DNA of 63,890 nt, the filler included, from Folioceros fuciformis (Eukaryota), in assembly GCA_049999805.1 (NCBI GenBank). It is 6 parts of 6 records of this genome, joined end to end, with 100 filler letters (N's around TTAATTAATTAA, not from the genome) between each part and the next. Parts side by side here need not be neighbours in the genome. Positions count along the whole stretch, not along the records: positions 1 to 15,959 come from JBNGIO010005980.1; 5 more parts are not named here. One strand, given 5' to 3'. Both the position numbers and the translations under genes were made by a program. The notes beneath the pieces are model-generated. The model saw nothing but the letters and a program-made list of their open reading frames with translations. It made no database searches and was not told where the DNA came from. Positions 1 to 12,968 of this stretch are shown in pieces. Position 1 is the first letter of the stretch, and each line of letters opens with the position of its first letter.

Positions 1-95
1 GCAGCCCTTCCCTTCTTTCTTTGCATTTTGGTGTGTAACTTTGCTCTTCCCTTTATGTGCACAATAATATAGGATTTTTATTTATATAGTTATGG

Positions 96-126
<31 letters not shown>

Positions 127-267
127 TCTATAATGATGAGATACACTCCTCCTCCTCATTTATAATTATCTAGAATGACGTCATCTTCTTCCTGTTTGAA
201 CATTCGTTTTCTTTCCAATGATCCCTTCTTTTTGAATTGTGTTATTATTGTTATTTTTATATCTATG

Positions 268-1452
268 ATGACTATAGCAATTGAAAAGGAGAATACGCAG
301 CTCCAACATAGAGCATGATGGAAATATCCTCGTCAAATAACATCATTATGGAGGGATGTGCACATGACAGCTTGGCATAGGGAGGGGCGAGAGTTCGTGA
401 TGCTCAATGGCGATTTGCTTACAGAATGTCTTATCCAAATTTTATTTAATTGGTTAGTTTACTACAACCTCACATTGTTTTGTTTACGGGAACCTTTATA
501 ACGACATCATGCAGTGGCAATGGTGCTTCATCGCCTTGCTCATGGTTTGTCGCCACATATTATTGCTGATACGTATGGAGTTGGTGCAGCTACAGTGGTA
601 CAATACACTTTATACATTACTGAAGTGTTGAGCAATCCACAAAAATTATTCTCACATTGTATCACGTGGCCTTACCAACATAGGCAACAAGTTATTCTAG
701 CCAAGTTCCAAACTCTTATAGGGTTACCTAACATGGTGGGGTGTAATGATGGATCTCATATCAAGTTCGCCCAACAACCTGATAAGAAAGATAACCCAGT
801 TGCATATTGGTGTCGACATGACATACATTCTATTGTGTTGTAAGGTATTTGTGATGCAAACAAACTCTTTTTAGATGTGTGTTGCACACATCCTAGAGGA
901 GCACATGATGCAACAATATTGAAGGAAAGTAGTGTATGGAAAAGGATGATGGATGGCAGGATTTTGACTGAGCCAAGATTACAAGTTGAAGGAAGGATTA
1001 TGCCCTCTTACATAGTCGGGGATAGCGCGTATTCACTTATGTCATTTTTATTGAAATCTTATGATTCACCAAGTAAGCAGGAAGACAAGGCTGTGTTCAA
1101 CATGAACATGCGTCAAGGGCGGGTGAAGATCGAAAATGCATATGCCTTGTTGAAGAACAAGTGGAGAATTNNNNNNNNNNTCGAAAATGCATATGCCTTG
1201 TTGAAGAACAAGTGGAGAATTTTGAAGCACTTGAATGGGCGTTTGAAGTATGCTTCTCAAGTTGTGATTGCATGTTGTGCTCTACATAACTTTTGCATTA
1301 TGGTGAAAGAGCCGCAAACTAGGGATATTGATGCATATCCATATCCATTACATGAAGAGGGACATGTCACTTTGTGGCAAGGTGTCTCCAATAGAATATT
1401 GTACAACGAAGCCAAGGAACGGAGAAATTGTGAGACACAAACATGCATGTAA
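268..1452 (+). pseudogene. PIF/Harbinger DDE transposase (HARBI1-like), disrupted
   Basis: Motifs WRFAYRMS..F..L, GCNDGSHI (D), VGDSAY (D), RVKIENAYALLK.KWRIL (E) and ACCALHNFC. In-frame TAA at 841-843 (SIVL*GICDA, likely from CAA) plus upstream stops/frameshift. Start approximate. Confidence 0.88.
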
Positions 1453-1564
1453 ACTTCAAAAGGGAATCATACAAGCATATACTCGTAGGGAGAAATTGGA
1501 AGGCTTCATAGGCATGCATGCAAACCTCAAAATGGAACACAAGTTCCTATCATCAAGGCTCTCT

Positions 1565-2769
1565 CTATCTTGCCCTTGCTTTCTTAGGAGACCTCCTTGC
1601 AGCTAAGGCTTCTGCCATGCGAACCTGGTTCTCCATTTGAATTTGCTCTCTTCTAATTTCATGTTCTAACATGAGCTTTTGCATCTCTAACAGGTTCTTC
1701 CTCTCATGTTCCAAGAGTAGCTTCTGCAACTGCAATTGATTTGACATTTTGGTAGAATCAATAGCAGCTAAACTTTGAGCAAAAGAAGTAAGCCCATTGA
1801 TCTGTTGGTTTCCAAGGCCTGTAGAAGACCGTCTTCTCTTCACCCTTCTTCCTCGCACAGAGTCAAGGAACTCCTTACTATCTTGACCAGGGGATTCCTC
1901 CCTATCTTCTTCTTGAGATTCACTGCTAAAACAAGTTCACATCAGTCTACATCAAATGCATGCAAAAGGGATCATACATGAAGGGTCCCACAAAAACACA
2001 AGGTGTATAGCTCATACCTAGAAGGAGGGGCTGTTGGTAGTGGCCTAGGTAAACTCATAGTGTCTGATGCAAGAAATGGAGAGCTTGGACAAGAAGGTGG
2101 CACCTTAGAGTTGTCCTTAGTGCCCACAGTGTCAGTATCATCCAAGTCAAACACTGGAGTGCTAAAATTGTTGGAACCACTCTCTGGAATGATGCCAACC
2201 CCACTCCCTGGATCTTGAGCGTTAGGAATACCTACAAACTTGGGTTTTCCTTCACAAATAGAAGCCATCACTTGAAAATGAGGCCAAGTAGAATTCACCT
2301 GACATGTGCTTGATTTCATCTCCTTCTCCTTGTAATACCGTTTCTTAAGATTCTCTAGCTTCTGCTTGCACTTCTTGCCACATAGACCATCCATGTGACA
2401 AGTACTAGCCACCTCTTTGGCTATTTCAAACCAGTGCTTGTTCCCCAAATTTCCAGCTTTGAGATGCACAAGATGCATCTCATGGTATGAGTCGATTAGC
2501 GTGGACGTTGCCTCTTCTGACCAGATGAGAGGCTTGAGAGAGTTTGACCGCCTACTTTGTGCTACCTCGTATTGACTTNNNNNNNNNNNNNNNNNNNNNN
2601 NNNNNNNNNNNNNNNNNNNNNNNNNNNNNNNNNNNNNNNNNNNNNNNNNNNNNNNNNNNNNNNNNNNNNNNNNNNNNNCGTATTGACTTGCAGATCCTAG
2701 AGCCACAACTTCATCATCCGGATATGGCAATTGAGAAAAAACAGCCATCGCTTCATCCATTGACCGCAA
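1565..2769 (-). CDS. Harbinger ORF1, Myb/SANT-like (trihelix) DNA-binding protein; probably two exons; spans an N gap
   Basis: WSEEATSTLI...W.EIAKEV...CKQKLENLKKRYYKEK...STWPHF..M trihelix pattern (ORF 1972-2769) and a coiled-coil C-terminal segment (ORF 1565-1858). Convergent with the transposase, as in autonomous Harbingers. Confidence 0.75.
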
Positions 2770-5700
2770 AGTAGCAGAATACTAAACCCCACAAGGCCAA
2801 GCCACATGTACACCCTGCAGATGGAACAAGCAAGAACACAATCTTGCGGGATGGCCGCAACAAGCAGGAACGGAATCTTGCATATGGCCACAACAACTTT
2901 GTGGCCAACTTAAGCGTAGAGTTTGAGTTTTAGGGAACGTTTCGATAGGCTTAATCCATTTCATTATAAATCTTGGGCCAACCCATGGGACTAGAAGCTG
3001 AAAAAACCCTGACATAAATCAAAACACTGCGCCGTAAGCCTGACAAACGGTGGGCCGAAAGATGTTTAAAATAACATTCTCCTTTCTTTACGGTAGGTAA
3101 CTATCATTGCGCGGTTCCTTTTGTCGGCTTCGTTGTGAAAGGCACTTGAAGCTGGCCTCCGCACACTTTAGCTGGTGGGCTGTGCTGAAGCTGGCCTCCG
3201 CACACCGGTGCATGATCTTTTGTGGCAAGACATTGACAGGACACCCTAGGGCAGCCATGCCTCCGCTACATTGCCCGCTGCTCTGCCGCCATCAACTATC
3301 CTGCTCAATTGCAGCCTCTTCTCCCAAATCCGTGCCCACAAATAGTTTCGTGCAGTTGGGTAAGCCAAACCTTGTCGCAGCCCCACAACCTACAAGCCTT
3401 TCTATCTTCAGGACCACTCATTAATGTCTGGGTGTCATTTTGACCGAATACTTATCCCAGTCCCCGGGACCGCCTAGCCTGGCTACGCTCGGTCTTTGAC
3501 CAGCAAGGATCGTGCCTTTTCTGCGACCCTTGGTCACTAAATATAGTAAATAAATAAATATACCAAATACCATTCTATCTCCTTTATATCATTCATGGAT
3601 ATACTCATTAATATATTGAAGGTCTGAATATTAAGATTTATTATCGTATTAGGTGGTATTAATAAATAACAAATTAAATAATTTATGAGTTTTAAACTAA
3701 ACCCTGTAAAGGACGTCTGATGCCATGTTTTTCTTAACAGATGCCGGGATGGGGAACACTCTGTGGAACATTTGGGATGCANNNNNNNNNNNNNNNNNNN
3801 NNNNNNNNNNNNNNNNNNNNNNNNNNNNNNNNNNNNNNNNNNNNNNNNNNNNNNNNNNNNNNNNNNNNNNNNNNNNNNNNNTTAAGAAAACAATTACTCC
3901 TAAACCATGAGCGCGAAATATTTGAAAGAAAGAGAACATAAAAATAGATTGCAAGCTTACAGCCTTTGCCCTGCTAAGCCAAGGCGTATAGTTGATGTTT
4001 CTAGGTTGTATTTTTACATATCCAAGGTCTTTCTTAAGCATGCTGGCCAATAATCGTAATCATTCAGAAGCTTTTTGTGTATGAGTATATACTATGAATA
4101 CTTTGAATCTCATTAAAAGTTGTGCCCCATCACCTAGAAATAAAAGCTTATGTGATTTGATCTATGAAGTGTATTAATATTCTTAAGTTTTTAATATAAA
4201 TATAATAAAAATTAATGATATAATTTTAAGAACATAGAGTAAAAATCTAAAAGCCATTTTTCTCAAAAATAATTATAGGAAACTATGCTCGTGGATGTTT
4301 ATGGAAGAGTGTGTCATGGTCGTGGATGCTTATGGAAAAGTGTGTCATGGCCCAGAGTACGTAGGCATGCCAAGAGATATCAGGGCTCCTTACTTTAGTG
4401 TTAGTGCTGACAAGAAGTATAGATAAATATAATTTACTATGTAATATAAAAAAGTATGGGTAAAATATGGTTTACTGTATAATGTTTCTATGTCAGGTGC
4501 ACCTCTAGCACCTCAAAGCCAATATCCTTAGAGGACGCCATCCCCTCACACCAAGGCGTGGAGGACTTTTCTCTTCTCAATTTTGGGAATACAAAATTCA
4601 AAACCATGCATAATCTCACCCTGATCTCGTGAGTGGGCGATGTTGAACCCCCAAGTAGCACGATATCCTCTAAGCGAGTTGGATTTCAACATGGGCTTCT
4701 CAGCGAGTTGGATTCTGCCAGGCTAGCTCCTGCTTAGGTCCCACTGCCATGCAGCTTCCTTCTCAAGCATCCAATCCAGAGGTTTGCAAGTAGGGTTTAG
4801 GGATGCATTCCAACCCAATCCTGCGTTACCCGTCACACCCTCTGCACTGACTTCTCCACCTCCTTATCCTGGAATGTATGACATGCTACCCATAGTCCCA
4901 GCTATCCCTGCCCCACCAATGCTAATACGAAGACTGAAACCACTTTCTTCAGTGTCCAANNNNNNNNNNNNNNNNNNNNNNNNNNNNNNNNNNNNNNNNN
5001 NNNNNNNNNNNNNNNNNNNNNNNNNNNNNNNNNNNNNNNNNNNNNNNNNNNNNNNNNNNAGTTGGGGCCTACCTGAGCTTGAAAGCAGCCGGCGGTTAAA
5101 ACACAAAAACGAGGCCAGGGTTGGCAGAGTGCAGAAAAGTTGGGAGGATTAGCACGAGCCGCAGGGTTATTGTCATCCGGTCATGTCAAGTTGGTTCAGG
5201 TATTTCAGTTGGTGAACAAGACGATATGATACAGATCCAAGTGTGGAGTCACTGCATGAACGAAGGGGCCCTTACACATCTGGGGATCTGCCCCACTCCC
5301 AACACGTGAATAAGGAGAGCTTCAAGAGAGTGATGAGAAATGCTTCCAACAGAATTGGGAGGGCCACTTCTAGGAAGGTGAAAGTCGTCAGGAGAGACGA
5401 TGATAGGAGAAAATGCAGCTGGCACTGGCAATAAACAAAAAGCAGAAGTACAGGCATTTGCAGTTTTCATAGGTGGGATGCTGTTTGCGAGTGCAAGTGT
5501 GCCATTTCCAGCATCCTCATCAGTTCTACTTAGTAACCAGCTTACTTAATAACCAGCTTGTGACAGTAGAAGGCAATGTCATCATTCGATCGATCATGGT
5601 TGGGGATCAAGCTGCTACTATGAGACATTCTAATTCAAGGAACATGGAGGAAGCGAAGGAGAGCAGTGCAATACTTTAGGAAGCGAAGGAGAGCAGTGGC

Positions 5701-6916
5701 GAAGTATTGCAAGGTGCACCAAGGCATCCTCTGGAAGGCCAAGAGGAACAAGGACTATCTCTTGAAGGTACCAATCGGCAGGTTCTACAAGAGCCATCCC
5801 CCAGGTTATCTGATGAACAGGGGTTGGGGCAAATGATTAGGGGTTGGTGAGAGCGTCTGCTGTAAAAACTCAGGGCTCTGTCTACGAAATAGAGGCGAGA
5901 AACAGCAGTAACTTCTGTCCTGCTATCAAATCATGAAATCATTTGTTGCACATGATTATGGACGATGTCAAAGAGGCATCTCTGACTCCTGATCCATGAA
6001 GCATTGGCGAAAGTCATTGTGGTCGCTGCCCCTTTGTGTGAGTTATCATGGCACTGGCTTGGCTAGTATAAGGTGCATTTCAGTTCATTTCATTTGCTAC
6101 AGATGAAATTTTAGGTGGACAGCTGACTGTCAGGCGTGTTCATTGCCGGTCTAGGGTTAAGTACTGGCATCCGGCAACCACTGATGCGGCTGCTCCTCCA
6201 CCTGGTAGTAAGACAAAAACTGCTGCAGCACTTGCATCCAAAACTATGTAACCAGAAGAACTGCCAAGACCTTGAGGAATACCAAGAAAACTTCCCTTTT
6301 CATGGTTCTCACTTTGAACTTCTTCAAATGTAACAGCCTCGTAAACGTAGTGGCTAATGTGGGACGAAGCCATCGTAAGCACAAGGTCTGGGACATGGAG
6401 CACAGTGACTGGGAATGCCCCTGTCGGTCCACTCTCTGAGCTTCGACCATGGAGCTACCGTTCCCACTCCTGGCCCTTCCAGAAGAGCTCATCCCCACCG
6501 AGAAGGAACCCGTTGCTGCAAACATGTGAACTACGAATGCCACGCCGAGTTATGTCTACAAATACTCTAACCGAGAAAAGCCTCCAAACGCTCCAAGTGA
6601 CGAGCGCATAAAAAAGCTCCAACCGAGGGATGCCTCTGCAAATGCTCCACCCGAGGAATGCTGGGTGGCAAACAAAAGGAGGAGGCTGCATCCATTCCAA
6701 GCAAACGGGGGCATGCTAAACGAGTCGCATCTCGATTAATAGAGTGGGAAGGATTTATTAAAGTCCACTAGGACGAATTTCCGTCATAGCCACTCGGCGT
6801 ACCTAGCGTCCTTTACAGGCCATGCCGTCAAAAATCTGGTGTGTAACTTCAGACTACCACATCTTGCGTGGAGGAAGGGAAGAGCATGTACTGAAAGTCG
6901 CGAGTCACGCATGCGC

Positions 6917-6950
6917 AGGGTTTAGGGTTTCGTTCTTAAAGACCGGCCCA
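6917..6950 (+). promoter_or_regulatory. Telo-box (AGGGTTTAGGGTTT) plus site II-like GGCCCA upstream of Sec61 alpha
   Basis: Both motifs lie about 80-110 bp before the ATG at 7027; the pair is typical of plant translation-related promoters. Confidence 0.5.
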
Positions 6951-7026
6951 GCGTCCACTCTCACGGGAAAGGGGCCTCAGTCTTCATCGCCAGCGGTCTG
7001 AGTAGCAGGGAGATCCGACAGACAGG

Positions 7027-9287
7027 ATGCCGGGGGGAGGATTTCGCGTGTTGCATCTGGTAAGGCCCTTTCTCTCCGTGCTGCCAGAGGTGCAGACGGC
7101 AGAGCGAAAGGTCCCCTTCCGGGAGAAGGTGATGTACACTGTGGTGTCGCTCTTCATCTTCTTGGTCTGCAGTCAGCTGCCGCTCTATGGGATTCACACA
7201 GCCACAGGCTCAGATCCCTTCGTCTGGCTGCGAGTCATCCTGGCTTCCAACAGGGGAACTGTGATGGAGCTCGGTATCACTCCAATTGTCACCTCGGGGC
7301 TGGTGATGCAGCTTCTCGCTGGCTCCAAGATCATTGAAGTGGACAACAACGTCAAGGAGGATCGGGCTCTTCTGTAAGTCAGCTCAAATTGTAGATCTCT
7401 GATTCTGGGGCATAAAGACGTGACGTTTCTGTTCAACCCAGGTCACAGCCACTTTTGATCTGAGTTTCTGGCGCTTGAGAGAGGGCTTTTGTGTCTGATT
7501 TGCTGTTGATCGACGCACACCGCTTCTCTTCTCTTCTCTTCTCTTCTTCCTGCCTTGATTCCCTCTTTTAGTCCTCAGGATCATGATTTTGAGGTCTTAG
7601 ATACAGTGGATCGGTTGAACGCTTGCTCCAATTCGTCGTATGCAGTAATGGATTTTCTGCTTGCGAGCCACATGCGCGAGATCTTGAGTCTGTGTAGCTC
7701 CGCTGTTTTGATCCGTCCCCCCATGTGCGTGTGCCGTGCCAGAAATGGTGCCCAGAAGCTCTTGGGAGTGATGATCACTATTGGAGAGGCCGTAGCATAT
7801 GTATTATCTGGGATGTATGGGGACGTTCGAGACCTTGGAGCTGGTAATGCCATTCTTATCATTGCGCAGTTATTTTTCGCTGGCATCATCGTCATCTGTT
7901 TGGACGAGCTCCTGCAAAAAGGATATGGCCTTGGTTCTGGGATCTCCCTTTTTATCGCTACGAACATCTGGTATGAATTCGGCTGTTGCGTGGAGAATGA
8001 TGTGCAGCTCACCTTTTTCCTTCGCGCTTATTTTGCTGTGCCTCTGCATTACATGCTGCCGCCTTGTCCTAAGGAAGGGTTCTTATCATGGCTTGCTTTT
8101 CGCCAGCGAAAACATTATCTGGAAGGCGTTCAGTCCTACCACTGTCTCCTCTACTGGTCGCGGTCCTGAGTTTGAAGGAGCAGTCATTGCTCTTTTCCAT
8201 CTCTTGATCACCAGAGCGAACAAGGTGCAGGCTCTGAAAGAGGCGTTCTACAGGCAGAACCTTCCGAATGTTACAAATCTTCTGGCGACAGTTATTGTCT
8301 TCCTTATTGTCATTTACTTCCAGGGTTTTCGTGTTGTGCTCCCTGTGCGATCGAAAAGTGCCCGTGGACAACAGGGTTCGTACCCTATCAAGCTCTTTTA
8401 CACCTCCAATATGCCCATTATTCTGCAAAGTGCCCTCGTCTCCAATCTGTACTTCATCTCCCAGGTGCGTACAGTTTCTGTATGGGTTTGGGAGGCTTAC
8501 CCACTGTCTTGGAGCTCCGTAGCTCATGGTGGTGCATTGAGTAACACTCCTTGACTCGTCACATGTGACAGCTCTTGTATAAGAAGTACGGAGGCAACTT
8601 CATCGTCCAGCTCCTTGGAAAGTGGAAGGAGACTGAGTACTCCTCCAGTGGTCAGCTTTTTCCTGTAGGCGGCCTTGTGTATTACATCACGCCTCCAGCC
8701 AGGTAGATGCTCCTTGTGCACGTCTGTCCTTGCATGCTGAACAGACGAGTTCTGTGTCTTTTAACCTATTCTTGTTGATGTTGCAGCTTGAAGGATATTG
8801 TGGCCAACCCTTTCCATGCGTTGTTCTATTTGACATTTACGCTGACAGCATGCGCCTTGTTTTCAAAGACTTGGATTGAAGTCTCTGGCTCATCAGCTCG
8901 GGATGTGGCGAAGCAGCTTAAGGTTACCTCCTCGTCTGCAATGCCAGCGCTTGTGGCTGCTTTTTATGCCAACTAGTAGTTGCTTAGGTTCATATCCGTG
9001 AATCGGAGATATCCAGATTCTGATTTCGTTTTCATTGCCTTGATCAGGAGCAACAAATGGTGATGCCTGGACATCGGGAATCCAATCTTCAAAAGGAGCT
9101 GAATCGCTACATCCCAACTGCGGCAGCATTCGGTGGAATGTGTATTGGTGCCCTGACCGTTGTGGCGGACTTCATGGGCGCAGTGGGATCTGGAACAGGC
9201 ATTTTGCTTGCTGTGACTATCATCTACCAGTATTTTGAAACTTTCGATAAGGAAAGAGCAACCGAGCTGGGATTTTTTGGCTTCTAG
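7027..9287 (+). CDS. SEC61A: Protein transport protein Sec61 subunit alpha, 7 exons (approx. 7027-7373, 7743-7970, 8107-8464, 8572-8702, 8787-8922, 9048-9287 read directly)
   Basis: [98 protein letters not shown] introns. Six exons were delimited by eye and together give a continuous protein, so six is the supported count. Confidence 0.97.
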
Positions 9288-12099
9288 GGTCTAGAGGACA
9301 TAAGATGCCTTCATGCTGGTGCTCAGTTGGAAGGTGCAGTTGAACTAGGTCGTAGCAGGATCTACAGCTGTCACCTTTTTTTCTAGCAATGGTTGGAAAC
9401 TTCTTGACAGGGGGGTCCGGTATGTTGGCTTCTGAGGCACAAGGGGAGCCAGGTACGTGCTCGCTGAGTTAGTGGGAAGGTGGCTCGGCAGTCGAACACC
9501 AGTTCAGGTTGGTTGTGATTGATTGGCAACAGGAGTTGGTCAGCTATAGGGTACAATCAGTCCGTTAACCGGAATGGGAACTGTGAGTGAGTCAAGCTGT
9601 GAGCGAACTCAGTGGGGGCCTTTCTTCTTTGTTGGGTATCATTCTTTTAGTTTTCCGTCCATCAGTTGCTCTCTAGAGCCGGGACCAGTTAGGGTTGGAA
9701 ATTAGAGGATCTTATAGAGACAAGTAGTGGGCCTGTTGCCCATGCATCTCCAGTTGCCCAAGATTTTGGGCGTCTGGCGGTTCAGCCACTTGCTTAGAAT
9801 CACTCGCCACATTGTAAACCGGTTACCTTTACGTGGGTAATGAATGTACTTCGTCTGTCTCGGTGGTGTCCGAGCTGTGTGTTGGAAACATGCATGCGAC
9901 CCCACGACCTCCTTGTAAACAAGCTTGGGGGCCCCAAGGCTGGACGTTATTCCCTTCATGCGCCCGCCACTTAGGTAAGCTTACTTGTGTAAATGAAGTT
10001 GCACGTAAGGCATCTGGGACGACCAAGCCTCTGAGGTGAGGAAATCGAAACCAGCATCCGATGGGCTGTTCGGTTTCTTGGTCCTCGTGGTATTCTTCCT
10101 CGAGGGCCTTTACGAAGGCAGTTCGAAGTCACTGCGTGTTCCGAAGTTTGACTGGCTATAGATAATTTGAGGCGTTAGCTGTAGAGGGGATTTTTTTAAT
10201 TTATTTGAATATTTTTCCAACTTAGAGCCGGCCCGTTTTTTGCGTCAACCTGGCCCGTTTCTCCCGGGAGGCTCGCTCCTCACAACTGAACCGGGAGCCG
10301 CCATTTCTCTGACAGCGCAGTGAGCCACACTTGTCCTGACTTATAAAGGTCTAAAACCAGTTGACTGGAGAGTTGCGGCCCCGGTGTCGTCTGCGTTGTG
10401 GGAGTCCCTTTACAAAACGTGCAATGGGAGCCAGCCGGTTAGACTGCTGTTTAGGAAAATACTACATACGTTGTGCAGGGCTGGCCTAACCATGGCGTTT
10501 ACATTTAAGTATGGTAATTTGGCGCATACATTCGACGACTGCCACTACTATACATGTCGGCTCATAGTGGGATAATTCCCTCATTTGAAGGCGTTTCCGA
10601 AGTAGATCTAGGGGATTTGCTTTCCAGGGTAGCACCTTCATTGCGCTTCTACAACAAGGCTCTTGTGGGGTTACGGTCTCACTGGCAGCCCCACTGCTGC
10701 TGCACACCACAACCGGGAATGTATCAGACCATGGTGGATCTGCCCTTGTCCCAATACTTGCATGCAGGGGCATTCCTTAGCGCCCCACCGGGTGTCGTGA
10801 CACCATTTGTTTGTCGGTCCTTGGCTTGGTTGAGTGACAACATGCCTTGTGGTTTCACCAAGGACTTGGACCGTGTTGGGAAGGCTTGACTCTGCGATGC
10901 AAGGCTGGATGGCTTATTTGTGCATGCTACCTGGTTAAACATGTTGCTACGTGTTAGGCGAATGGTGCGAATGCGGTTAGAGGGAACAAGGGAACCATTA
11001 TAGGTTGAAGTCATGGCATACTTTGTAGTCAGATTTCAAGCTTCTTTACAGCTAAGACGTGATGGGCATCTTCAAGTTCATTTCTATGCACATGGGCCAC
11101 CAAGCATCTGCTACCTTCTGCCATTTGTGGTTTTGTCCGCCAAGCTGATACCATCACTCTCTGACTCAGGCCTGCCGTAGACCTAGCGAATACTCTTGAC
11201 TATCCTCGCATTCCGTTCAAGTAGGGCTGCCAACTGCTCGTCTGTTTGCTGCAAGTTCTTGTAACACTCTGCCACCAGACCTTGATGAGAAAAAGCCCAA
11301 TGACGCCCATAAATCCACTATAGTTGGATGTTCCCTTCTCTTGCCCAAGGTCGAAACTCCAGGAGGTCGCGAGGGTTCAGTTGTCCTCCAAAACAAGTGA
11401 AAGTTAGGACAAGGATTGCAAAGCTACTTCCTTCTCCTCCCCTCCTCCGATTTCTGTCATTCTGTCCAACACGAGTTGTCTTGGTCATCCTAGCCATCTT
11501 ATATAGGCAACTGCTGTTTTTGAAAACACCGAGAGCCAAGGACTCCCGCGCACACCGAGAAAAGCTCAACACTCCTTGGCCTTTGACTTGTGTTTCTGCC
11601 TATATAAGGCGCGTGATCCTGCAGTAGAAAACACTTCTTCGTCCTCCAGTCAGTCTTGTCCCTTCCTTCTGGTCCTTCGCGAGAGCTGAGGTAGGTGATT
11701 TGGCGTCGAGAGCTGAAGAGCGGGAGTAAGGAGCAAGTAAGCTTGGTGATGGCAGCGGCCGCAGAAGGTACTGGCCACATGTGCATGCTCCTCGCTGTTT
11801 TACTCCTGTTATGCATGCTTATACGTGTCCCAGATCTACTCTGATTCCCCTAAATACAGGACATCCTCCCGTTATCTGACCTACCCGCTGTGTAGGCTTG
11901 TTATCCACGGATACTTAACAAACACTAACTAACGGTTAACCCCTATTACCCTATTTAGACTTAGGAGTTTTATTCTCCTACTAACAAACTCACAAAAATC
12001 CACTCTAAATGGCCGTAGGTCAACCTACCAAGAATCATAGCGACTGTCCTAACAATTTCACTCTCTCTTTGATAGAAACATTGAAATGATCGTGGAAAA

Positions 12100-12968
12100 T
12101 CTGGTCAGACAACAACTTCTCAGACCTACAAAACGTGTAGGTATGTTTGACGCTTAAGTTGACCACCAAAAACCAAGGAACACCACACGATCCTCAAACA
12201 GACACAAACAAGAACGAAGACGCAAATCGAAACAAACTCTGGGCAAAGTGCTCAACACTGTTGGATAGGAGCCCGTCTCGTATCCCAAAGTTTCTAGGAA
12301 GCCTGCAATCCTCCTCTCTTTGCGCTTGAACTTGGTTGGAGAAGCCTTTCTCAGACCATCAACTGCAGTTAGAATGTGCTCCCAAATCCGCCATAACAAT
12401 GCCTTATAGGTCATTGGATCATGCCCTCCGTATTCTTCTACAGTCCAGTTAAGCCACATGCAAAAAAGGCAAGAAGACCATACCAAGCCCCACCATTGAT
12501 TAATAAGAAAAGGCTTGCCTCAGACCCTGTCAAGACCAAAAAGCGCTTTTTCTTTTGCAATCTTAAGATTAGCATCCGGGAATTTTTGGTGTAGCCATCT
12601 ACCCACCTCTCTCCAAATCCCCTAAGCATACTCGTAGTAGAAAAGCATGTGCTAGCTTTTGTTGGGGGCGCCCTGCATAATCGACAAACGCCCTCCCATG
12701 CTGCCACTAGCAAGCCGTCCCACCTATCTGCATTTGGCAAGCTTGCTTGAAAGAAGCACTACACTATAACTATCACCTTGGAAGGGATACCTTCCAACCC
12801 CCAAAGAAGCTTAATCGCTGCTCTCTGCCATCTGAGGGACAATCCTAGCCTAGGAGCCATCGGATTACGTCTATTGACTTTCTGTGCCCAGACAAGCCAA
12901 AGATACATGTCCGCCATTGGGGAATTGAAAAAAGATCAAGGGTGTGCATGCTTACTTCCTGGGCGACG
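12100..12968 (-). mobile_element. LINE (L1-like) ORF2 C-terminal fragment, decayed
   Basis: zf-RVT pattern across frameshifts: IKLLWG..IPSKV....LPNADR, CRLC....HMLF....A.GIWREV, then WWGMVWSSCLFCMWLNW. Interrupted at 12969 by an LTR start. Confidence 0.65.

Larger units (their letters stand above)
268..2769. mobile_element. Decayed PIF/Harbinger DNA transposon (TIRs not located)
   Basis: Paired convergent transposase and Myb/SANT ORFs. Confidence 0.8.

Noticed and set aside
1130..1221. Apparent tandem duplication ENAYALLKNKWRI in the transposase
   Set aside because: Identical sequence on either side of a 10-N gap: unmerged contig overlap (similar overlap at the 2579-2678 gap).
11145..11153. 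Minus-strand TGGTATCAG resembling a PBS
   Set aside because: Match stops at 9 nt and no LTR end is adjacent.
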